DNA from: Neodothiora populina
Taxonomy: Eukaryota
DNA: 64,000 bases
NCBI RefSeq assembly: GCF_041146345.1
Contig: NW_027191408.1
Span: 434,001 to 498,000 of the forward strand
Direction of reading: 5' to 3'
Below, piece by piece: positions 12,711-24,678 of this stretch; the first letter of the stretch is position 1; the number at the start of each line of letters is the position of its first letter. The translations under genes and the position numbers were made by a program. The notes under the pieces are model-generated. The model searched no databases. It was given only the letters and a program-made list of their open reading frames with translations, and was not told where the DNA came from.

Positions 12711-13655
12711 TTACAAGGTGTCGGCGAGGAGCTTGTTCATCTTGGCGATCTTGGAGGAGACACTGAGGTCAATGGTACGGTCGCCAATTTCGACGACAAG
12801 ACCTCCCTTGATGTCGGGGTTGACCTGTCGGATGTTCTTAGTATCTTGCGCTGCAGGACTGTGGCATTGGTAGCGGCCATGAAGGGACTCACCTTGGGGA
12901 CGACCTTGAGCTTCTTGCCCTGGCCAACGTATTGAGACTTGGAGACGGCAGTCTCGAGCTGGCGGAGGATCTTGGCGTCAAGAGGCTGTAACACAAAACT
13001 GATCAGTATATGCTCCCTAGTCGTGATTATTCTTGCAGGACCGGTCGGACGCGACATACAGCGGCGGAGGTGACAACGAGCTCAATCTCGCCTCTGAAAG
13101 CGCCCATGAGGGTACCGAACTGCTCGGCAACACCCCCAAGGATGCTCAGTCTGTTGTTCTCGGCGAGGGTCTCGAGGAAGTGCTTGACAGTGTCACCCTT
13201 GTCGGCAACATTGATGTTCTTCTGGAGCTCGGCAATAATCTGGGACTTGTCGGCGGCGCTGAGAGTGGGAGCAGTGAGGATCTCCTGGAGTTTGGCGTCG
13301 TTCTTGAAGAGAGCGGCGAGCTTCTCGAGTGCCTGAGCAGTGCTGTCGAGGGTCTGCGTCTTGACTGCGGCGGTGTACTGTGGGACACGATGGAGCGTCA
13401 GATACATGTTCCGAATCCCGCGTTGTTCTCCCCCTCCATATCCATTGCTTTTTCTCCTCCTCGATTCCTTCTTTCTCCTGCATCTTCGGATGTACGTACG
13501 AGAGCGCTGGCGTAGGTGCCGTCAAGTCCGAAGAGGGCGACCGGAGGCTTGGACGAGGCAGAGCTGGCGGCGGCGGCGGCGTAGGACCTGACGGAGATTG
13601 GGGCACGGAAACCTGCCACGCGGGCGGTGCGGACTGCGATACGACCAGACAGCAT
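12711..13655 (-). CDS. ATP5: Mitochondrial ATP synthase OSCP subunit, 4 exons
   Basis: Presequence, KPPVALFGLDGTYASAL-YTAA, FLETLAENNRL, VNPDIKGGLVVEIGDRTIDLSVSSKI. Confidence 0.96.
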
Positions 13656-14187
13656 GACTGAAGACGGGTGAATGACGGTTTGCGGTATAGAGAGGTGCCA
13701 GAGCGCCAAAGCAGCAGTACATTCAATCCGTTGCAGAAGCACCTTCCGGATCTTGCTGGTCCGAGCTTGCACGTGACATGGTCCCTCCCCAGCATTTTCC
13801 TTGCTGTAAGGCAGGCACGCTCTAATTGCTGTACATACATTCACCAGGCTGCGACAATGCGGTCATTTGGGTTAAAAGTGTAAAATCTGATTGCTACTAG
13901 AGAGTGAACATGCTTGTGTCTGATGCATCTCAGAACAGCTGAGTAGAAGTGAAAGTGTATCAAAGAAGAGAAAAAGAAAGAAAGAAAAACGATCGGAAAT
14001 GCCCTCAAGGCCCCTTTCTTGCGAGGAGAAAGTCCAGCTTCCATTCACATGCCTGTAACACGACTGTCGTACCATTGCTCCTGTCCACCTCTTCCGTCAA
14101 TCAAGGAGATGTAGTTCAGTAACGCCGTTCAATGCCATGGCTACCATAATGTCACCTTCACTCGAAGACGGAGCCACGCTCACGTTT

Positions 14188-15091
14188 TCAACCGAAAATG
14201 GAGAAGTCCTCGGAATCAGAGCTCTGCAAAAGAGCGATGTAGGACAAGCGATCAGCTTCACCAACGAAGATGCTACTCATGTCGCTCTCGGCGAGTCCAG
14301 CGAGCAGGCCTTGACGGGTAAGGTCGCTGAGGGCAATGGCGAAGTTGCTCTTGATGTCCTCCTTGGGGTTGCCAGGCTCACCGGCTTCGATGACAGAGGA
14401 GGCGCTCGAGATGGTCATTTCTTCCATCTCAGTGTTAATTAATCCCTCGCCTGCGATTGGGTCCTTGCATTCGCTTTCGTCCTTGCCCTTGCACATGCTA
14501 CATGTCGAATCAGCACCTTCAGCCAGCGATCTTCAAAGGTCATGACGGGACTTACGCTGGAATTGAGATGGGGCCGGGGGCTGGTGCTTTCTCAGCGATG
14601 CCATTGCCCTTGTCCTCGACAAGCTTGCGTGGTAGAGTAGATGGGCTTCCCGCGGTGCCTTCACCCTTGATACCCCTGACAAGTCTGCGGCGAGCAGGGG
14701 TTGGGCTTGCCTCCTCACTCTTCTTCTCGTCAGCGGTGGCGACGGTCTTTTTCTTCCTGTAAGATCTCTTGGGACGGGAAGGCAGACGGGGTCTCCTTGG
14801 CATCATGCCAGACCTAACGAAGGAAATCAAAGGTAAGTCACACACAGGTCTGCGACGAAAGGAAGGCAAAAGAAGAACATACCAATCCTTAGAGACGGTA
14901 ACGTCGGGATGATCGCCGTCGCTTCTGCAGTGAATGGTCTTCACATGCCTGCGCAAGAACCAAGGGTACTTCCATTCATGGTTGCGATGCTCATCTTCTT
15001 CGCAGTATCCGCAGAAGCGCTCGCACTTATCAACGGTGAGCAGACCCTTTTCAGGCCAAACGTGGCGATGTCTGTCAAGACGGCAAGGCAT
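14188..15091 (-). CDS. Hypothetical protein with one C2H2-like Zn finger and a basic NLS-like tract; probably 3 exons
   Basis: FCGYCEEDEHRNHEWKYPWFLRRHVKTIH; GTATGT and GTAAGT donors join ORFs 14552-15163 and 14188-14496 in frame; family not recognised. Confidence 0.55.
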
Positions 15092-15829
15092 CTTGAGGGG
15101 TAGGAGAAAGGATGGATGAGTCAATGAGTGGTGTGAGTATACGATTAACGAGCAGAGTGACACTTATCAAAGGATAAGTGAGTAGGTGTGCGTGTGAGTG
15201 AGAAGAAGAAGATGATGATGATGAAGAAGAGGTAGAAAGAGGTAATACCGACAGGGCGATATCGCTAGCGCTATCGACAAGCCGGTTAAGGTAAGTGAAG
15301 ACAAAGTGAATCCGGTTAATCAGATAGCTGGGGGATGTGTATGTGTAGGTGGCGAACTGTCGACGAGAGAGGAAAGGCGAGTCCTTCGCTCTGTGATCGA
15401 ACTTCTTTTTGTAAGAGCCCCCTTTTCCAAACCTGAAACACTTATCTAAGTGGCGGAAAAGGAGCAGGCTGGTCGTAGCAGAGTTTTCATCTTTTTTCTC
15501 TTGCATCTCATTGTTGCTGTCTATTCTCTCTAGTCTGGCTGCCTCATGGTATTGTGGTTTAATGGTGGCGGCGGTGGTACTAGCGCCGTGGCCCTGAGAG
15601 GACATAACCTCCTTACCCGCCACCTCATTCTGGATGAGCTCAATGTCGGTTTAGGAAGGATCGATGAACTCGTAGTCGTATATCAGTGGTTCGTAGTAAA
15701 CTGAAGAGAACTTCGTGGATCGGATTCACGAGATGAAGTCAAGATAAGCCCAACATCGGCGTACCTCGGCGCCGAGGTTTTTCTATAGCTTTTACTATTA
15801 CTGATGCTCTATCTATCATTCAAAAGGCG

Positions 15830-16296
15830 GTTGCGATTACTGAGCAAGCATTGAAGGCACTAGATACAGAGAGAGAGAGGTGGGCAAAGGGATGTGGGAC
15901 AACGAGATCAATCTCATAGACTATAGATTCTTGGATGCACCGCCAGCGCTGTGAAGTTAATGGCGACTGCTGAGCAAGCATCAATGGCATTAGACAATTC
16001 TATTGCTGCTTGATATGTCTTGACAAAGGTGATTGCGACTACTGAGCGAGCATTGGAGGCACTAGATCTAGAGAGCAATGCAGGGGCTGCGGGTCATCAA
16101 GATCATAGTCTTAGACCATAGAATCTCAGATGTGCTTGCCAATTATTATACGAAGGTCAATGGCGACCGCAGAGCGGGCATCGAAGGCCCTGAATATAAG
16201 GAGCATTCGAGGCACTAGATATGATGAGCGATTAGCAATAGGACTTGTCGGGCAATACATCAATCTCCTAGACTATGGAATCTGAGATGTGCTGCT
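15830..16296. repeat. Degenerate ~200-bp tandem repeat (about 2.5 units) overlapping the 3' end of the polymerase gene
   Basis: ~32-nt core at 15833, 15963, 16035, 16163 and partial at 16201; second block at 15907, 16102, 16259. Confidence 0.85.
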
Positions 16297-18224
16297 AATG
16301 CGAACGGAGGCACATGTTGACCACAGACTTCGCATCTCTGGCCTATTTCCTCATCTTCGCCGTGCCATCGAGCGTCGTCATCCTCATCCCCATTCTCATT
16401 GAAATCTGCAATCATGTCACCACTGTGTCCATCATCCAATTCATGACCCCCTCGCTCATCCGACGATGGCGCTTCCGCTCTATCATTGTTTTCAGACTCC
16501 CTGCCCAGAGGCGGCGACAAGCTCCGATCCTCCCTAATCCGAAACTCACTCGAGACAAGTTCCTGCCGCTTGAACATATTCCCAATATCCCTCCCACTAG
16601 CAGTCCTGCTACTATCGCTCGCCGTCTCCGCCATGTTCGTCACAGCCACATTGACCAGACTCAGATTCCACCCGGCCTTTTCGGGGTGCAGTCTGCGGAA
16701 GGCGGGGATCAGTGCTTCGAGGACTAATTTGTCGGCGAGTGCGTCGATTGAGCTGGAGAGGTTGAAGACGAAAGTCGGCAGTGGTGCCGAGTGGGATATG
16801 CGTTTGAAGTTGCGCGTGCGTGTGCCGTCTGGGTTTAGAGGCGAGCGGGGACGTGTGGAGAGACGAATTGTACGCGGGTGCGCGAGCCATTTCTTGCTTG
16901 TGATGTTGCGCTGTGGCTGCGGCTGCTGCTGCTTCTTTTCCTCTTCAGGGCTTGTTGATTGCCCGTCCGGAGAGACATCTGGTACTCCTGTAGCGTCGTC
17001 TTCGTCGGTGTCCGTGAGGAGATCTATACGCATGCGCGTGAGCAGACTGCGACCGAGATTGGTGAGCTCGGCGATGACCTCAGCCAACGTGTCGAGACGA
17101 ATATAGCTGTCTTCAATGCTAATCTGTCGCGGTACGAGTCGAGCCCATGACACTTCAGTGTCGTCTACACCGTGCAGCAGCTGCCAGACTTTCAGTCCGA
17201 TCCCGTGTACTGATCCAGGCCCGCCGAGTAGTTTCTCTAGACTCTCTGGGCTGCTGTCGGGGTGAAGGCGGACGTCGCGCACTGTGACTTTTTCTAGAGT
17301 GCCGCCGTATACCAACCCTTTATCGAAATCAGCGGGTCGGTCAAGGGCTTTTGCGCGGAGCTTTTGTGCTAATTTGAAGCCGATTCCAGGTATCTTCCCG
17401 ATCTCGTGGCCATCGATGAAAGTGGTAACATTGCTGTCTGTACCGCCTATGGACTCATAAGGAGGGACCATGGTCGTCTGGCCATTAGGCTTGTGTAGAT
17501 TACCGACGAGTTTAGACAGTAATTTGGATGTTGAAATCCCAGCAGTAGCAGTGTAGCCCTTTTCATCCTCAAGTCTGTGGCGTATATACATTGCAAGATG
17601 GGAGCCGAGACGAAGACGCATCTCCAGCTCTTCGTTTCCATGATCTGCCGCAGCTGATGTCTGTTCTTCTGGGTAAGAGTATCCAGCAAACGCAGTCGCA
17701 TCAAACTCAAATCCCTGGGTAGGATCGTCTTTAACAATTTGGAAAAACGACGACTGGAGAGCATGACGATTCAGCAGGTCCAAGTTATAAGCCACAATAT
17801 CAGTGACATCCAACCAGACCTCATCGAACCCAAGTCTCTCGACCTTGCCGTTCCAAGAGAACTGCTTGAGATAGCGATAGAGCAATTTACTCGCGTCCCG
17901 AAAGCGACTGATATCTTCGCCCAGCACAATCACGACATCGGGACATAGCTTCTTCGCCTCCGTGATGAGTTGAAGCTTGTGTAGCCCGTGTCGACGTGCT
18001 TCGTAGTTACATGTCACGATGATTTGTTTTTGCTGGATTGCTAGAGGACAATGTTTAAGTGCAGGGTTCTCGTGCTCGACTACTGATGCGTAGAAACAAT
18101 CGTAGTCCTGATGTATGTGATTAGCAGGTGGCGATATTTGATCTTTGATCAAAGGGCTTACGAAATGTATTATTATCCTTCCATCCTTGCGTGCAGGTAC
18201 AGATGGAAGCCTTGTGCTTTGCAT
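16260..18224 (-). CDS. POLI: Y-family translesion DNA polymerase iota-like (IMS domain, C-terminal UBZ-like finger); intron 18161-18108
   Basis: IIHF/DYDCFYASV, IVTCNYEAR, LGFDEVWLDVT, GISTSKLLSKL, KIPGIG; C-terminal CEVC...AHLRFH. Confidence 0.88.
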   Translation of the reverse strand: MQSTRLPSVPARKDGRIIIHFVSPLIKDQISPPANHIHQDYDCFYASVVEHENPALKHCPLAIQQKQIIVTCNYEARRHGLHKLQLITEAKKLCPDVVIVLGEDISRFRDASKLLYRYLKQFSWNGKVERLGFDEVWLDVTDIVAYNLDLLNRHALQSSFFQIVKDDPTQGFEFDATAFAGYSYPEEQTSAAADHGNEELEMRLRLGSHLAMYIRHRLEDEKGYTATAGISTSKLLSKLVGNLHKPNGQTTMVPPYESIGGTDSNVTTFIDGHEIGKIPGIGFKLAQKLRAKALDRPADFDKGLVYGGTLEKVTVRDVRLHPDSSPESLEKLLGGPGSVHGIGLKVWQLLHGVDDTEVSWARLVPRQISIEDSYIRLDTLAEVIAELTNLGRSLLTRMRIDLLTDTDEDDATGVPDVSPDGQSTSPEEEKKQQQPQPQRNITSKKWLAHPRTIRLSTRPRSPLNPDGTRTRNFKRISHSAPLPTFVFNLSSSIDALADKLVLEALIPAFRRLHPEKAGWNLSLVNVAVTNMAETASDSSRTASGRDIGNMFKRQELVSSEFRIREDRSLSPPLGRESENNDRAEAPSSDERGGHELDDGHSGDMIADFNENGDEDDDARWHGEDEEIGQRCEVCGQHVPPFALAAHLRFHSLGD

Positions 18225-18833
18225 ATTTCCATCATGTCCCTTTTTTGATCACTTCTATGTATTTTTATGGCAATCGCTCCTCTTGCTCCATTCGTGTAAA
18301 TGATTGAACCCTCACGTCAAGCGGGAATCGGAGTCGCGATATCTTGCCAAGCGGAGTATATACGCTGATGACAGGGCGTCCGATAAGACCACTACACGAT
18401 TCCAACATACGTTTCAAGATGGACACATGACACGTTCATGTCCAGGAACAGAACAACAGAGCTCATCAAACGTTCAGGATGAATCCGAGGAAGCGAGAAA
18501 GTCGAAGGCGTACGAGGGGAACCCTGTCCAATTCTATACACGCCGATGTTTTGTGAGCATTCCTTGACGGTTTTGATAGTGTGATACTCACTCGCTGTGT
18601 GGAAGTGATCATTCCGCTGTGAAATTACAAGCAATCTACACTGGTTGCCATTGTCAAAGGGGGATCGGCAAATCATGTGTGCTTTTGGCATACCTCATCA
18701 AAATACGTCACGTCGTGATAATGCTATATAGAATCTGAACGCACTGGGGTTATTCTGCACCCTATCAGGACAAGAAAGCATACAACACCAGAATGACCGG
18801 GAACGATACACACCTCGGTCTACCATCGACTGA

Positions 18834-19707
18834 TCATCTGCTGTGTCCTCGGCGTCTACTACTGCGATCATCATACGCATAAGCAGACGCACGCTCCTCC
18901 GGGTGTCGTTGGTACCATGCATCCTCCATTGCCTGTTCCTTTGCTCTCTTCTCTTCCTTGTAAATTTTCCACCTGTGCTCAGCGATATTGGCCCCTATGC
19001 CACCAATGACAGCTCCCAAAGCCGTCCCTCGCTTCTTGTGATCCCCCATTTCACGTCCCAGCAATCCTCCTACCAACGCGCCAGCAATACCGACTCCGAT
19101 ACCAAGCTCACTCTTGTCGAACGCAAGACTAGGCACGTCTCTGAAGCGACGCTCGGCACCAGACCTAGACCTGGATCTGGATCGTGATCGAGAGGACGAC
19201 CGGCTGTCTCGCCTTCGGTGAGAGCGTGACGATCGATGCACTCGACGGTCCTCATTGTCGTAATCTGGATAGTAGTCATCACGTCGCCGCGGGTAAGGGG
19301 CTAAAGCACCTGCTGTCGTACCTGCAGCCTGTATCTGGTGTCAGTCTGCTCGTCCGCAAAGGTATCTGTGAGAAGTAGATTTACCACGTATGGCGCAGCC
19401 TGCTCTTGTGTCGAAGCTGGAGGCAGAGCATCATAATGTTGCGGTACACGATCCTTTGATACTCAATCAGCCCCTCCTTAATACATCACGCCCACTTGAA
19501 TTTTTTGAACGATACTGGGCTTACATTGGGATATCTCGGCTGATCAAAGTAATTCTGTTGCTGATATGCTACTGGCTCGTAATGATCATTCCCTCTATAT
19601 CGCCCTCCAGGACCCCATGGTTCAGCATCGTCGTATTCGTTGTGCGGATCATCGTCATAGCCGCGGTGCGAGGGAGGTTGAGAAGCATATCTCTGGTGAT
19701 TGCTCAT
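18834..19707 (-). CDS. Hypothetical protein with RS-rich tract and glycine-zipper 2TM motif; 3 exons
   Basis: GIGVGIAGALVGGLLG...GTALGAVIGGIGANIAE; two GT-AG introns join ORF 19486-19707 to ORF 18834-19241. Confidence 0.75.
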
Positions 19708-20833
19708 ATTCTCTCTGCCCTTGTTTTTACTTTTGCTTTTGCTTCCGCTGACTTTGTCGTACGTGCGATCGAATAACTTGTCCGTAGCCTTGTTGAACCC
19801 TTCAAGGCCTAATTCCTTTTTGTGTTTAAAAATTTCAGAAAAGTGCAGGTTTAGGTGATGTTCAAAACGTGATCAGATGGCCGAATTGTCTTCATGAATG
19901 GAAAGTTTGAAGACAGCGAGATAGCAGATCAATGAGACGAGAAGCACCTACCGCAAAATCCTCGGCCATAGCAGCGACACTAAAGCACAAATTACTCGAC
20001 AACAGTGAGTTAGATGGCGTGAGGCGCGGAAACTCACTCCCAGGGCACCGGCGGAAGCAACTCTTTCCACGGCGCGAAGGCTTATGGCGAGCACGGCAAG
20101 TGTCAGCTAGCAAAAGGCTGGAGGGGCTCCGACTCTGACCGGTTCGACAACAGCGAAGCGCCTAGAGCTCCCTTGGCCCACTCTCTATTTGCTCGCCACA
20201 TACATGCATGCGCATGCGTCTGTCACGGAATACTAAGGCAGTGGTCTTATGCAAGGACGCAGGTCGAGAGCACACGGCTTCCGCCGGGTCCTGCAAGCTG
20301 CGTCATCATGCATATGCATAGTCAGGAGGAATCTGCACAGGAAGGCGACCAGAAGACTGCTTGATTCACCATAACTAGGAGAGAGAGGGAGAGACGTGGT
20401 GATGTCGGGTAGGAAAGTGTTCATCAGGGTTCTGGCTGATATAACGATAGATAAGGTAGTTCCAGAACACCTCATACTGAACATGGATCAGTGCCGGCAT
20501 TTTGCACGATAGCGCACGGGTCACGTCATGGTGCATATTCCAAATGCGTAGAGAATTGAGTCCTAGCCAAAGCTGAGTTTGGTACCACATCAATTTAGAT
20601 GAGTTTGCAAATGCCACAGTATTGTATCTTATGAGCGGCCGGTGTTCAGCGTCCACGACTGGCAGATGCAACCATGGCGACCAAAGTGCAAAGGCGATGA
20701 AAGAAAACACTGTTTGACACCACCGGTCGGCAGCTATATACAACCTCAAGCAACTTTTGCTCCTCATCAACTTCTAATAGACTGTACAAAAAATACTAAA
20801 AGGATTATATCGTCATTGTCAAATGCCAAAAGC

Positions 20834-23304
20834 TTATGACAGAGCGGACTTCTCCATGTGCTCTTCTTCCTTCTCAGGCATGACGCCCTCGGTGACTTGG
20901 GTCTCAGCAATGGGACCAATGTAGAATTTACGACCACTGATCATCCACCAAAGTGTGGATAGGACGAAGATACCCGCCAGGACGACGATAGCCCAGTTCT
21001 GTTGTGAAATTAGCCGCTGTACAACGAAGCTAGACGGGATCCAAAGACTTACCATGGTGTCAACAGTGACGGGATAATAGGTAGGGAACAGGAAGATGAC
21101 CGAGACGAAAGCAGTCCAGACGCAAGCGTATACATTGACCGCCGTAGAGAGCTTGCCCATGTGCCACGGACCAGGCTGGAACTTGCCGTAGATGAGCTTG
21201 CAAATAATGGGAATACAGTAACTCCAGTCCATTGCGATTGCGCACACGTTGAAGATAGCGGAGACAGCCTCGTAAGAGCCCAGAGCAATGAGGTTGATGG
21301 CGGCACACCAGAAGACAGACCACCAGACAGCGATGATGGGGGTATCAGTCCTCTTGTCGACAATCTTCAGAATGCGGGATCCAGGGATAAGACGATCGCG
21401 GGAGAAGGCGAAGACAGTACGAGCGAGGGAGTGCAGAGCAGCGATCGCGCAAGAGTTCAGGATAACGAAGGCGCAGACAGCGAAAGTAATGGCACCAGCA
21501 CGACCGAGGTTGTTGTAGAAGATTTGAATCACAGGCTGTTCGAGCTCACTGGCGAGAATCTCGGTAGGCTCGCCCATGGTGAAGGCCAAGACAATCGTAA
21601 AGAGCCAGCCAACGATGTAGGTGAGCGCCATGGCAAGGAAGATAGCCCAAGGAGCCTTCTTCTCTGGCTCATCAATCTCCTCAGTGATGTGAGCAGTCGC
21701 ATCGTAGTCAGTCATGGTCCAAGAAACCGAAAGGAAGCCGAAAAGAAAGGAAAACCCCTTTGGTGACCAGCCGGAGTCAGGGGTGACGTTGGTGAATACG
21801 TATGTAGCATCGTGGCGGTCGGGACACATTGCTAGGAGTGCGATGCTGCAAGTGACGATTGAAAGCATGTGGAAAACAATATAGCTCGTCGTGATCTTAG
21901 CCAGCCATTTGGTGTTGAGGGAGTTGACGAATCCGTGGAAAACAGTGAGTGCGGCCTGAACGCCTACGGTGTGGTTCGTAGTAGGGGTGTATCTGCCATT
22001 TGATCCAAGGGAGACTGCGGCAAGAAGAATACTGGCCGAGCCATACTCCGTCGATGCAACACCACAGATTTGACCAATCAAGTTCAACCAACCAGTGATC
22101 CTGTTGGTAACGTTAGTACATTCTGACCCTTTTAAGAAGCACCTTATAGCAGCACATACCAACTAATGGAAGGAATCCACTCCGGAGGTGCAAGACGCGA
22201 TACAGTGAAGTAGAGTCCACCAGCGGTCGGATAAGCCGAGACAAGTTCAGCAACTGAGGCCTAGAAGGATATCAGAGATGTGCAAGTGGTTTACTAATTC
22301 GGGATCAACATACTGCAATGCACATGCAGCCAAAGCCGGAAATGAGCCAACACCAAACGGCTGTGCGATAGTCAGCATTGGGTTCGTATACCTAGCCACC
22401 GTACTGATCGACTGACCTGACGCAGCACCACCAGCGTAAAGTGGATACGAGAAAGTAGTAGTAATGGTCGCAAAGCAGGCCGAGATACTAGCGGCGAAAG
22501 AAAAAGTGGCGAAGAAACCGAATTCTCGCTTGAAGACCTTTAGTAGTTATGAGTCAGTAAACTTGTCCTTGCATATCAATCCATTGCGGTGAAATCAAAG
22601 TATTGGTGCATTGGTTCCCTGGTGATTGTTGCGTTGGGCCGTCTCCACGTGGGGTTGATAGGGTTCATAGCGTGGTCTGTTGTAGTCCGCAGTTGCGCCA
22701 GGGAGAGAACGGGTCATGGCGCTTTGGGGTAGTTGCCCGTCCGGTGTGAACGAAGTGTGGGATTTGGCCGAACTGACACAGCATTTTCCTTGTCGCGTTG
22801 GAGAGCGTGTAGACAATTATTTCGGCGTAAGACGACGAGAGCACTGCTTTTGCGATTTTGTACTGTATACTTTTTTCACCCCAAGTAGTCGTGCAGTAAA
22901 ATGTCTTTTTGGCGTTGAACAATGATTTTGTCGCATTGGAATGTCGTGGCACCAAGGCTTGGTAGTCGTTGCTTGGTTATTTAGAGTGCAAGGGTCTTGT
23001 CGCTAGGGAACAGTATTTCTTGTCGCAAGGCTTGTTTGTCGCAATGGGTCGATGTCCGGGTGATGAACATGGCCAAGAACAGACTCGGCGAGAGCACAGG
23101 TGCGATTGCAAAGGGTCAAAGGGCGCAAGAAAGAGAAGATCATGTCTGTACCGGTTTGTAGCCAAATTGCGCGAGGGCTTGGTCTTCTCCATTCAATTCA
23201 CTCAGATCAACGACATTCTGGGCATTCTCACCATGCACCTCGGTCGCGGACGACTTGCGAGGCTGCTGGGAGTGTGTGGGGATATCGTGCGAAGAGCTAG
23301 ACAT
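20834..23304 (-). CDS. APC-family amino acid/GABA/choline/polyamine permease (UGA4/HNM1/TPO5-like), 6 exons; first intron 23151-22538
   Basis: LAQFGYKP-VFKREF, SVAELVSAYPTAGGLYF, WTMTDYDATAHITEE, FAFSRD, FQPGPWHMGK; many TM helices. Confidence 0.93.
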
Positions 23305-24678
23305 GATGCCTTAGCAGTATGTTTTGACTCGTGAGTGCACTGGGGTATGGGGGAAAACGCAAGAAGCGTGGGTTGGCCAGCAAAGATGGATAGAGCTTGG
23401 GCACAGTGCAGTTTTAAACGAAAAAAAAGAAGAGGCACCAGTCCCAAAGCGAGGCAAGAAAAGTAAAGTTTTCTAGCGACTGGTCGAACGGCAGTCCACC
23501 ATGTGGTGGGTGTAAACGAGCTTTATGCTGTGGTCTAGACGCTGGGACCTCGACAATGGTGTGTGATAAGCGTCGGCTCGGGTTGGCCAGCATATTCACC
23601 CTATGGAGCGCCTCGTCGGCCCACTTGATAAGCTTCGTGAACATCGTGGGGAGAGGAAAGAAAAAGTATGTCCTGGATTGGATTGCTTATCCCAGCACAT
23701 ATGTTTGAGTCATTAAGCTTTTACGTATGGCTATCATCTTTGCGCATCAATTAGTCCCGCTGCTGGGCGCAACACGCATATCCTACTGGATGCTTGAACG
23801 GGCTGAACAGAACGTTACTCTAGGCTATCTGATATCGCTAAATGATCGGAGCACGGATGACCGGGACCCTGCGAATTGACCGGGATCAGCGATCCCGAAA
23901 GGGAGCTATTATGTAAAAGCAATTCCAACTATGCCGTCTCTCCATATACAGATACCCTACCGTACCCATGATGCTAGCAGAGTCAGGCCCCCTCGAAGAT
24001 ACCTTACGCATACAATAAACAGGCATGCTACGATGTGGCACATGACGCGAACGCATCGTTACAACACTACTGTGGGAAGCACACCACGACAGTAGAGCCT
24101 CATTCTCGAGCTGTATATGTTTTGTTCAAGACGTGTCTCAACAAAATTGCAACCCGCGTTGTAGACATTCTGCACTCTCGTATCCTTGCCCTAGGATCAA
24201 AGCGGCGTTGACCGCGACCATTCACATGTCAAGAAGTGGTGAACGGTGGGGGACCCGTGCAATGTACAAGTTAGGGCAATTTCCGTCAAAGTGTTGCACC
24301 AATGGTACTCAGCACGTCGCTGAAACCTGCACACAACTGTGATGGCGCTGTTTGAGATGGAATGTTCGATGCAGCGTTCGAAACCTGTTCTTGTAGCACT
24401 GCATCCGACTTGCATGATTAGCTAGTCCATCTTCGGCCAGCTCAGGCGATCCATTCTCACAAGGGAATACAGATCCTGGGCACAAGAGCAGGGCCGAATG
24501 CGCAGATGACTCGTTATCTGTTTATCTTGAATGATCCCATGTGGCGTCTGGCATCCACTATGTGCTCACTACTGAATGCGAGATGAAACCACCATCTGTG
24601 ATAGTGTCGCTGCACTATCTTGACGATATTGTAGCATCTGGGGCCGGGAAGATAATCCGATGATGCATTTGGGGTATA

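Noticed and set aside
15833..16219. CRISPR-like appearance of the ~32-nt repeats
   Set aside because: The repeats are highly degenerate, the spacers are irregular and themselves repeated, there are no cas genes, and the context is eukaryotic.
22538..23151. TPP riboswitch in the long permease intron
   Set aside because: The CTGAGA and GATAATACCAGCG-like aptamer consensus is not visible on the sense strand.
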